A stretch of 32,000 nt of DNA from Corynebacterium amycolatum (lineage in GTDB: Bacteria; Actinomycetota; Actinomycetes; Mycobacteriales; Mycobacteriaceae): assembly GCF_049243625.1 (NCBI RefSeq), contig NZ_CP046975.1. One strand, 5' to 3'. Below the pieces are notes generated by a model, which had not been told where the DNA came from, made no database searches, and saw only the letters and a program-made list of their open reading frames with translations. Within the stretch, counting starts at the first letter, position 1. The number at the start of each line of letters is the position of its first letter. A program made the position numbers and the translations under genes. Of this stretch, positions 25,489 to 32,000 are shown in pieces.

Positions 25489-26781
25489 TTAGAACTGGCC
25501 CTCCTCGGTGGAGCCCTTCAGGGCGGTGGTGGAGGAGTTCGGGTCGACGGTGGTGGCGATGCGGTCGAAGTAGCCAGCGCCAACCTCGCGCTGGTGCTTG
25601 ACAGCGGTGAAACCGCGCTTCTCGGCAGCCTCGAACTCGCGGTTCTGCAGGTCGACGAATGCGGACATCTGCTCGCGAGCGTAGCCGTAAGCCAGGTCGA
25701 ACATGCCGTAGTTCAGGGCGTGGAAGCCAGCCAGGGTGATGAACTGGAACTTGAAGCCCATCTTGCCCAGCTCGTTCTGGAACTTGGCAATCTCGTCCTT
25801 CTCGAGGTGAGCGGACCAGTTGAAGGACGGGGAGCAGTTGTAAGCCAGGAGCTGGTCCGGGTACTCAGCCTTGACGCCCTCAGCGAACTTCTTAGCCAGC
25901 TCGAGGTCCGGAGTACCGGTCTCCATCCAAATCATGTCAGCGTACGGAGCGTAGGACTTCGCACGATCGATGCACGGCTCCAGGCCGTTCTGGACGTGGT
26001 AGAAGCCCTCGGAGGTGCGGTCGCCGGTGATGAACTTCTGGTCGCGCTCATCAACATCGGAGGTGATGAGGGTGGCGGCCTCAGCGTCGGTGCGGGCGAT
26101 GATGACGGTCGGGGTGTTGGAGACGTCAGCAGCCAGGCGAGCAGAGGTCAGGGTACGGATGTGCTGCTGGGTCGGGATCAGGACCTTGCCGCCCAGGTGG
26201 CCACACTTCTTCTCGGAAGCGAGCTGGTCCTCCCAGTGGGTACCAGCGGCACCAGCGTTGATCATGGCCTTCTGCAGCTCGTAGACGTTCAGAGCGCCAC
26301 CGAAGCCAGCCTCACCGTCAGCGACGATCGGCAGCAGCCAGTTGTCGACGGAGTCGTCGCCCTCGATGCGAGCAATCTCGTCTGCACGGAGCAGAGCGTT
26401 GTTGATGCGGCGAACGACGTTCGGCACGGAGTTAGCCGGGTACAGGGACTGGTCCGGGTAGGTGTGGCCGGAGAGGTTAGCGTCACCAGCAACCTGCCAA
26501 CCGGAGAGGTAGACAGCCTTCAGGCCAGCGCGAGCCTGCTGAACGGCCATGTTGCCGGTCAGTGCACCCAGAGCGTTGATGTAGGAGTCGTCCTTAACGT
26601 TGACGCCTTCCCACAGGATCTCGGCGCCACGGCGAGCGAGGGTGTTCTCCTCGACGACGGTGCCCTGGAGCTCAGCAACCTGCTCAGCGGTGTAGTCGCG
26701 GGTGATACCTTCCCAGCGCGGGTTCTCGTCCCAATCCTTCTGGATTTCGGCGGCGGTACGTGCCTTACCAACGTTAGACAT
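25489..26781 (-). CDS. aceA: Isocitrate lyase
   Basis: [23 protein letters not shown]... and the catalytic KKCGHLGGK motif. It is collinear with C. glutamicum AceA over the full length as I recall it. Start moved to ATG 26781 (the ORF track adds MTPF). Confidence 0.95.
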   Translation of the reverse strand: MSNVGKARTAAEIQKDWDENPRWEGITRDYTAEQVAELQGTVVEENTLARRGAEILWEGVNVKDDSYINALGALTGNMAVQQARAGLKAVYLSGWQVAGDANLSGHTYPDQSLYPANSVPNVVRRINNALLRADEIARIEGDDSVDNWLLPIVADGEAGFGGALNVYELQKAMINAGAAGTHWEDQLASEKKCGHLGGKVLIPTQQHIRTLTSARLAADVSNTPTVIIARTDAEAATLITSDVDERDQKFITGDRTSEGFYHVQNGLEPCIDRAKSYAPYADMIWMETGTPDLELAKKFAEGVKAEYPDQLLAYNCSPSFNWSAHLEKDEIAKFQNELGKMGFKFQFITLAGFHALNYGMFDLAYGYAREQMSAFVDLQNREFEAAEKRGFTAVKHQREVGAGYFDRIATTVDPNSSTTALKGSTEEGQF

Positions 26782-26873
26782 AAACGGAGTCACTTCCTTT
26801 TGCTTGCTTTTCGAACTCCGGGTGCTGACTTAAGAACAATTCCGACAGAACCGATCTACATGCTGACCCGATA

Positions 26874-26893
26874 GTGACCGCGGTGTCACGTGA
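26874..26893. promoter_or_regulatory. Inverted repeat GTGAC-CGCGGT-GTCAC overlapping palindrome TCACGTGA, upstream of aceA
   Basis: Read directly (gtgac 26874-26878, gtcac 26885-26889, tcacgtga 26886-26893). It lies 93-112 nt upstream of the aceA ATG. The half-sites resemble CRP/GlxR GTGA/TCAC halves, but the GTGA-to-TCAC spacing is 8 nt, not 6. Confidence 0.3.
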
Positions 26894-27054
26894 ATGCAGG
26901 GGGTGCTAGCAAAATGCCGTACCCCTGCACACAAACACGCGAACAAAAACAATGTCCGCTTCCGCGTGCCATGTCTCACATTTTGGGGCATAGCGCTAAG
27001 TTCGTCAAGCAACTCTGGATGTGAATTCAAGTATGTAACCCGGATAACACTTGT

Positions 27055-27076
27055 GAAGTTTGCAAACATTGCAATG
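27055..27076. promoter_or_regulatory. Two overlapping RamB-box-like motifs in the aceA-aceB spacer
   Basis: GAAGTTTGCAAAC (27055-27067) and CAAACATTGCAATG (27063-27076), compared with the published C. glutamicum RamB box A(A/G)AACTTTGCAAA (recollection). The first keeps the palindromic TTTGCAAA core with one flank mismatch. The second matches 10 of 12 positions. Confidence 0.4.
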
Positions 27077-27162
27077 TGTAGCTTGGCTTTAGCTATTTTT
27101 GCCTGTGACCGGGCGGTACATTCGTACTGTTATTTTCCTGTGATGGCCCCGTTAATAATGTT

Positions 27163-27251
27163 CCCCCCACTTTGGGGTGATTTATATTTTGGTAATTATC
27201 AAAGCTGGTCGTTAACAGTGTTTGGGGTTTAGGGGGTGATTCGCTACCCCC
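27163..27251. promoter_or_regulatory. Cluster of G4-6/C5-6 tracts in AT-rich context (RamA-site-like)
   Basis: TTCCCCCCAC (C6 27163-27168), TTTGGGGTGA (27174-27177), TTTGGGGTTT (27224-27227), AGGGGGTGA (27232-27236), CTACCCCCGA (27247-27251). C. glutamicum RamA is reported to bind tandem (A/C/T)G4-6(T/C) or (A/G)C4-6 tracts (recollection). Confidence 0.3.
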
Positions 27252-27798
27252 GAAATCGCGGCCGTAAAGGTAGAAACGGGCTTCTAAATACACTGCCGTT
27301 ACACCGTCAATACCCCGCCGGAGCGTTCGTGGATGGTGGCCAGAGCTTCGGTTGCCATCTCGCTTTTATGGTCTGGTTTGAAGGTGGAGGCTGCCGCGAC
27401 ACGATTGGTTGGTGGCCGTTGATGTGCAGGTCGCAATAGTAAATGCCTGTGAGGCGCGACACTTTCCCATTGCGTGTGTTGTTTCGTGGCTGGAGGAAAG
27501 AGTGCGAGGGATGCTGCGGTCAAGGCGGGTGGGGAGAGCTGGTTGTGGAGTCGGGATTGAATGCCCGAATGGTCATCGGGGAGGGGTAGGGCCTGTTCGC
27601 GGGGTGCTCGTCGTAAAGCGAATGAAATAGCAAATGTGAGCGGCGCTATACCGGGCTGGCGGTTGGGGGTTATGAAAAAAGACGGTCCATAAGTGCGCCG
27701 AATCACATACAGTAGGGGAACAACGCATCCAGTGCGTGAGCCGCTGACGTGGCTGTGGCTGGATGGGCAAATTGCAATCAATAGTTTTGAGGAGAGCA

Positions 27799-30009
27799 AT
27801 GGCACAGCGTATTTCGGCAGGTGGAATGCAGGTCGCGAAGGTTCTTTACGACTTTGTTAATGACACCGCACTCCCCGCCGCCGGCATTGAGGACAAGGAC
27901 GCGTTCTGGAACGGCTTCGGTGACATTGTCGCTAAGTACACTCCGCGCAACCGCGAGTTGCTGGCCAAGCGCGATGAGCTGCAGGAAAAGCTCGACGCTT
28001 GGTACAAGGAACACCCGGGCAAGCAGAACCAGGATGAGTACGTCGCATTCCTGAAGGAAATTGGCTACCTCGTTGACAACCCGGGTGACTTCCAGGTCAC
28101 CACCGAGGGCGTCGACACCGAGATTACTTCCACCGCTGGTCCGCAGCTGGTTGTGCCGGTCCTCAACGCCCGTTTCGCCATCAACGCTGCGAACGCACGC
28201 TGGGGCTCGCTTTACGACGCGCTGTACGGTACCAACGCTATTGCTGAAGATGGCGGTGCGGAGAAGGACACCCCGGGCTACAACAAGGTCCGTGGTGACC
28301 GTGTTATCGCATGGGGCCGTGACTTCCTGGACAAGGCTCTGCCGCTGGTTGACGGTTCCCACGCGGACGTCATCTCTTACGACATCGTCGACGGTCACCT
28401 GCAGGCAACCCTGGAAGGTGACGCTACCTCCGGTCTGCGCGAGCCGGAGACCCTGGTCGGCTACACCGGCGACAAGGACGCACCGGAGTCCATTTACTTC
28501 AAGCACAACGGTCTGCACATCCAGCTGCTGATTGACCCGGAGTCCCCGGTCGGCAAGACCGACAAGGCCGGCGTCAAGGACATCATCCTGGAAGCCGCTG
28601 TCACCAACATCATGGACCTCGAGGACTCTGTCGCCGCAGTTGACGCTGCAGACAAGACCCTGGGTTACACCAACTGGCTGGGCCTGAACGTCGGTGACCT
28701 CGCAGTCGAGTTCACCCGTGGCGGCAAGAAGCTGTCTCGTACCATCAACGACGACCGCACCTACACCGCGCTCGACGGTTCCGAGGTCACCCTGCACGGT
28801 CGTTCCCTGAACCTGATCCGTAACGTCGGTCACCTGATGCAGAACCCGGCCATCCTCGACCGCGACGGCGAGGAGATCTTCGAGGGCATCATGGATGCCG
28901 TCATCACCGCTGCTTGTGCAATCCCGGGCCTGGACCAGGACAACGCACGTAAGAACTCCCGTACCGGCTCTATCTACATTGTGAAGCCGAAGCAGCACGG
29001 CCCGGATGAGGCTGCATTCACCAACGAGCTGTTCGCTGATGTGGAGAAGCTGCTGGGTCTGCCGCACAACACCCTGAAGGTCGGCCTGATGGACGAGGAG
29101 CGTCGTACCTCCGTCAACCTGGACGCCGCCATCAAGGCTGTTTCCGAGCGTGTCGTTTTCATTAACACCGGCTTCATGGACCGCACTGGTGATGAGATCC
29201 ACACCTCCATCCAGGCTGGTCCGATGTTCCGCAAGGCTGTTCAGAAGACCGCTCCGTGGATGCTGGCTTACGAGGACAACAACGTCGACTCCGGTCTGGC
29301 ACACGGCCTGCAGGGCAAGGCTCAGATCGGTAAGGGTATGTGGGCTATGACCGAGCAGATGGCCGAGCTGCTGGAGCAGAAGATTGGTCAGCCGAAGCAG
29401 GGTGCTTCCACCGCGTGGGTTCCGTCCCCGACCGGTGGTGTGCTGCACGCTACCCACTACCACGAGGTTGACGTCTTCGGCGTTCAGGACAAGCTGCTTA
29501 CCGACGGTCGCCGCGACACCTTCGGTGATCTGCTCACCATCCCGGTAGCGGCAGCTAAGGCTGGCGAGCCGGGCGCTGACTGGTCCGATGAGGACAAGGC
29601 TAACGAGCTGGACAACAACTGCCAGTCCATCCTGGGCTACGTTATCCGCTGGGTTGAGCAGGGTGTTGGCTGCTCCAAGGTGCCGGACATCAACGATGTT
29701 GACCTGATGGAGGACCGCGCTACCCTGCGTATTTCCTCCCAGACTCTGGCTAACTGGCTGCTGCACGGTGTTGTCACCGAGGAGCAGATTATCGATTCGC
29801 TTCAGCGTATGGCCGAGGTTGTTGACCGCCAGAACGAGGGCGATGAGGCGTACCTGCCGATGGCCCCGGACTTCGACAAGTCCATTGGTTTCCAGGCTGC
29901 CAAGGAGCTCATCCTCGACGGTGTCAACCAGCCGTCCGGTTACACCGAGCCGATCCTGCACCGCCGTCGCCTGGAGTTCAAGAAGCGCGAGGGCATCGAC
30001 CAGGATTAA
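27799..30009 (+). CDS. aceB: Malate synthase G
   Basis: ATG 27799 is preceded by [28 protein letters not shown]..., about 736 aa, G-type malate synthase length and motifs ([35 protein letters not shown]). Divergent from aceA as in C. glutamicum. Confidence 0.95.
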   Translation: MAQRISAGGMQVAKVLYDFVNDTALPAAGIEDKDAFWNGFGDIVAKYTPRNRELLAKRDELQEKLDAWYKEHPGKQNQDEYVAFLKEIGYLVDNPGDFQVTTEGVDTEITSTAGPQLVVPVLNARFAINAANARWGSLYDALYGTNAIAEDGGAEKDTPGYNKVRGDRVIAWGRDFLDKALPLVDGSHADVISYDIVDGHLQATLEGDATSGLREPETLVGYTGDKDAPESIYFKHNGLHIQLLIDPESPVGKTDKAGVKDIILEAAVTNIMDLEDSVAAVDAADKTLGYTNWLGLNVGDLAVEFTRGGKKLSRTINDDRTYTALDGSEVTLHGRSLNLIRNVGHLMQNPAILDRDGEEIFEGIMDAVITAACAIPGLDQDNARKNSRTGSIYIVKPKQHGPDEAAFTNELFADVEKLLGLPHNTLKVGLMDEERRTSVNLDAAIKAVSERVVFINTGFMDRTGDEIHTSIQAGPMFRKAVQKTAPWMLAYEDNNVDSGLAHGLQGKAQIGKGMWAMTEQMAELLEQKIGQPKQGASTAWVPSPTGGVLHATHYHEVDVFGVQDKLLTDGRRDTFGDLLTIPVAAAKAGEPGADWSDEDKANELDNNCQSILGYVIRWVEQGVGCSKVPDINDVDLMEDRATLRISSQTLANWLLHGVVTEEQIIDSLQRMAEVVDRQNEGDEAYLPMAPDFDKSIGFQAAKELILDGVNQPSGYTEPILHRRRLEFKKREGIDQD

Positions 30010-30063
30010 TTCTGGGTCAGGCTAGGGTTAGCAGGCGACTGCCGAGCCGAACTAACTAAATAA

Positions 30064-30150
30064 CCACCAAACTGCCGGTGTGTATGTGTTGTTGGCTGAT
30101 TTCTAAAGCCAATTCCGTATATACCCGGCAGTTTGTTTTGCTGTGGTGGT
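30064..30150 (+). terminator. Compound hairpin terminator after aceB
   Basis: CAAACTGCCGG (30068-30078) pairs with CCGGCAGTTTG (30125-30135), followed by TTTTGC. An outer pair ACCACCA (30064-30070) / TGGTGGT (30144-30150) and an inner TTGGCT...AGCCAA hairpin are also present. Confidence 0.6.
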
Positions 30151-30366
30151 TGCGCGTGCTTAGAGGGCGTGCGTTGGAACTACCCGAGTTGGAAGCACCC
30201 GCGGTGTGTGCACTGAGAGCCCCAACCGTTGCCAGTGTGTGGCACCTGCGCGCTCAGAATTTGAGATACCCGGGTTCACAAGCGGGCTAGGGGCAACGTT
30301 GCTAGCGTTGATTGAGAAGTTAATTGCGAATATGCAGTCTGCAACGTCCAAGGAGCTGCGACCCCC

Positions 30367-31140
30367 ATGACTAATTCCACGACCGACAGTGCTACCAACC
30401 TTGCAAAGGCCAAAGAATTCCTCCATAGCGCGGGCGCAATCCTCTTTGACCTCGACGGAGTGATTACCCCTACCGCCGATGTGCACGAGCAGGCGTGGGC
30501 GGACATGTTTAGCGACTACTTCGAGCACAAGGGGGTCTCGGCCTACACAGAGGAGGACTATTTCACCTACCTCGATGGTCGCCGCCGCGATGAGGGCATC
30601 GCAGCAATCCTGGAATCTCGCGGCATCTCGCTGCCACACGGTAGCGATGAGGACACAGCGAAAGACGAGACGATTGTGGGGCTCGGGAAGCGCAAGAACG
30701 ATGACTTCCTGGCGCGAGTCGAGAAAGGAATCGAGGCCTACCCGGGGTCGGTAGCGCTGCTCGACGAGTTACAGGGCGCGGGGGACTCGTCGGCAAGCGA
30801 AAAACCGCAGTTGGCGGTGGTCAGCTCGTCGAAGAACGCGGTGCCGGTGCTGACGGCCGCTGGGCTGCGTGAGCGGTTCGTGGAGATTGTTGACGGCGTG
30901 GTGGCGCACGAGAACAACCTGCCGGGTAAGCCAGCCGCCGATACTTTCGTGTACGCGGCGGAGAATCTGGGGGTGGCACCGCGCGATGCTGTGGTGGTTG
31001 AGGATGCCATCAGCGGTGTGCAAGCGGGTGCAGCCGGCGCATTTGGTCTGGTCATTGGTGTTGACCGCGGTGCTGGCGCAGAAGCGCTGCGCCGAGCGGG
31101 TGCCGACATTGTGGTCAGTGACTTGGCGGAACTCGTCTAG
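30367..31140 (+). CDS. HAD-superfamily hydrolase, beta-phosphoglucomutase family
   Basis: Motif I LFDLDGVITPT, motif II VVSSSKN, motif III/IV KPAADTF...VVEDAISGVQAGAAAG-like. AAGGAG lies 12 nt upstream of the ATG. It is followed 15 nt later by a GH65 gene, the usual partner (M. tuberculosis Rv3400/Rv3401 type pair, recollection). Confidence 0.85.
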   Translation: MTNSTTDSATNLAKAKEFLHSAGAILFDLDGVITPTADVHEQAWADMFSDYFEHKGVSAYTEEDYFTYLDGRRRDEGIAAILESRGISLPHGSDEDTAKDETIVGLGKRKNDDFLARVEKGIEAYPGSVALLDELQGAGDSSASEKPQLAVVSSSKNAVPVLTAAGLRERFVEIVDGVVAHENNLPGKPAADTFVYAAENLGVAPRDAVVVEDAISGVQAGAAGAFGLVIGVDRGAGAEALRRAGADIVVSDLAELV

Positions 31141-31155
31141 GCTGGCTCGTGACAA

Positions 31156-32000
31156 ATGGCTGAGAGAAAACCGGAAGGCATCATGGCCAACGATTCGACC
31201 ACGGCAGCAGTCGACGAGACCGAGCGTGTGATTCCGCAGGGGCAGGGGCACGACGCGGAGACCGCCGAGGCTGAAAAACAGGAGGAGACGGTGTCCCCAG
31301 TTCGTCGTAAGCAGCGTCGCAACTTCCCGGCGGGTCGTGCGGATAAGCACCACCACCTGGTGAATGCCGAGGGACTCATGGACCGAGACATCACTCCGGT
31401 CGATGAGTGGCGTCTGATTGAGACGAAGCCGAACGGCCTCCCGCTCGGTTTGGGCGAGACGCTGTTTGCGCTGTCGAACGGGTACATCGGCATGCGTGGC
31501 AATCCGCCGGAGGGTCGTGACTCCAGTGAACACGGCACTTATATCAACGGTCTGCATGAGACATGGCCGATTAGGCACGCCGAGGACGCCTACGGTCTAG
31601 CCCGCCAGGGGCAGACGATTGTCAACGCTCCGGACGCCAAGGCAATGCGTCTCTACATTGACGATGAGCCCCTGCGTCTCGGCAATGCTGAGGTCAGCGA
31701 CTACGAACGTAGCCTGGATTTCCGTGAGGGGGTGCTGCGTCGTCGGTTCATTTGGCGCACCCCGGGTGGCAAGCACGTTCGCGTCACCTCTGAGCGCATG
31801 GTGTCTTTCCAGGAAAAGCATGTCGCCGCGATGAGTCTGGAAGTCGAGCTGCTGGATGCGGATGCTGCGGTGATGATCAACTCGCAGATCCTCAACCGCC
31901 AGGACGGCGAGGACGAGTACCACGATGCCGCCAAGGCGCAGGGCACCGAACTGGATCCCCGTCGCGCCGAGGCGCTGGAAGACCGCGTGCTCATTCCAGC
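31156..32000 (+). CDS. Glycoside hydrolase family 65 phosphorylase (trehalose/maltose/kojibiose phosphorylase-like), N-terminal part, continues right of the window
   Basis: Absent from the ORF track because it is open at the window edge. The frame from ATG 31156 has no stop to 32000. From about codon 75: DEWRLIETKPNGLPLGLGETLFALSNGYIGMRGNPPEG...GTYINGLHETWPIRHAEDAYG...IVNAPDAKAMRLYIDDEPL...SLDFREGVLRRRFIWRTPGGKHVRVTSERMVSF, which is the GH65 N-terminal domain pattern. The first 74 codons are a charged extension with coding-like GC3. Alternative start ATG 31378. Confidence 0.8.
   Translation, partial: MAERKPEGIMANDSTTAAVDETERVIPQGQGHDAETAEAEKQEETVSPVRRKQRRNFPAGRADKHHHLVNAEGLMDRDITPVDEWRLIETKPNGLPLGLGETLFALSNGYIGMRGNPPEGRDSSEHGTYINGLHETWPIRHAEDAYGLARQGQTIVNAPDAKAMRLYIDDEPLRLGNAEVSDYERSLDFREGVLRRRFIWRTPGGKHVRVTSERMVSFQEKHVAAMSLEVELLDADAAVMINSQILNRQDGEDEYHDAAKAQGTELDPRRAEALEDRVLIP

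Noticed and set aside
25594-26874. 426-aa ORF antisense to isocitrate lyase
   Set aside because: Same GC3 mirror-frame artefact. The sense strand is a full-length AceA with the KKCGHLGGK motif.
26894-27630. ORFs inside the aceA-aceB spacer (26894..27232 +, 27236..27439 +, 27409..27630 +, 26830..27069 -, 27573..27770 -)
   Set aside because: Translations are Cys/Trp/Phe/Arg-rich with no motifs, no SD sequences, and codon usage unlike neighbouring genes. The region is better explained as promoters plus leader.
27778-29961. 727-aa ORF antisense to almost the whole malate synthase gene
   Set aside because: The translation is low-complexity (Val/Gly/Leu/Asp/Gln rich) with no recognisable motif. 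Long antisense frames are an expected by-product of strong GC3 codon bias, and the sense strand encodes an unmistakable malate synthase G.

Overview
GC-rich actinobacterial chromosome segment. By recollection (no search run), CyaB, Lpd, RamB, AceA and AceB most resemble Corynebacterium proteins, and local gene order partly mirrors M. tuberculosis Rv3629c-Rv3645 and Rv0462-Rv0467. I support 25 protein genes (two truncated by the window edges), one tRNA-Thr, one gene fragment, several hairpin terminators and some candidate operator sites. Content left to right: DUF418 membrane gene; DUF2975 + YozG-type HTH pair; cyaB; holB; tRNA-Thr with a decayed insertion remnant and an anchored alpha/beta hydrolase; lipoprotein amidase; acyl-CoA oxidase; two MFS transporters around a 750-bp spacer; GalE-like epimerase. 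A tight seven-gene minus-strand block follows (prolyl oligopeptidase, M1 peptidase, flippase-like protein, two GT2 enzymes, DUF2304, DsbA-like), then lpd, ramB, divergent aceA/aceB around a ~1-kb spacer, a HAD beta-PGM-like gene and a GH65 phosphorylase. I see no CRISPR array, intact mobile element or recognisable defence system, so this is mostly core genome. The best leads are non-coding or poorly characterised: a triple-palindrome operator array with the DUF2975/HTH module, the oversized bipartite aceA-aceB spacer, a hairpin-rich leader before an MFS gene, recurrent GGGGGT tracts, a C7A8 homopolymer inside the glycosylation cluster, and a 15-nt exact repeat at two intergenic sites. All family calls rest on motifs read by eye and need HMM/BLAST confirmation.
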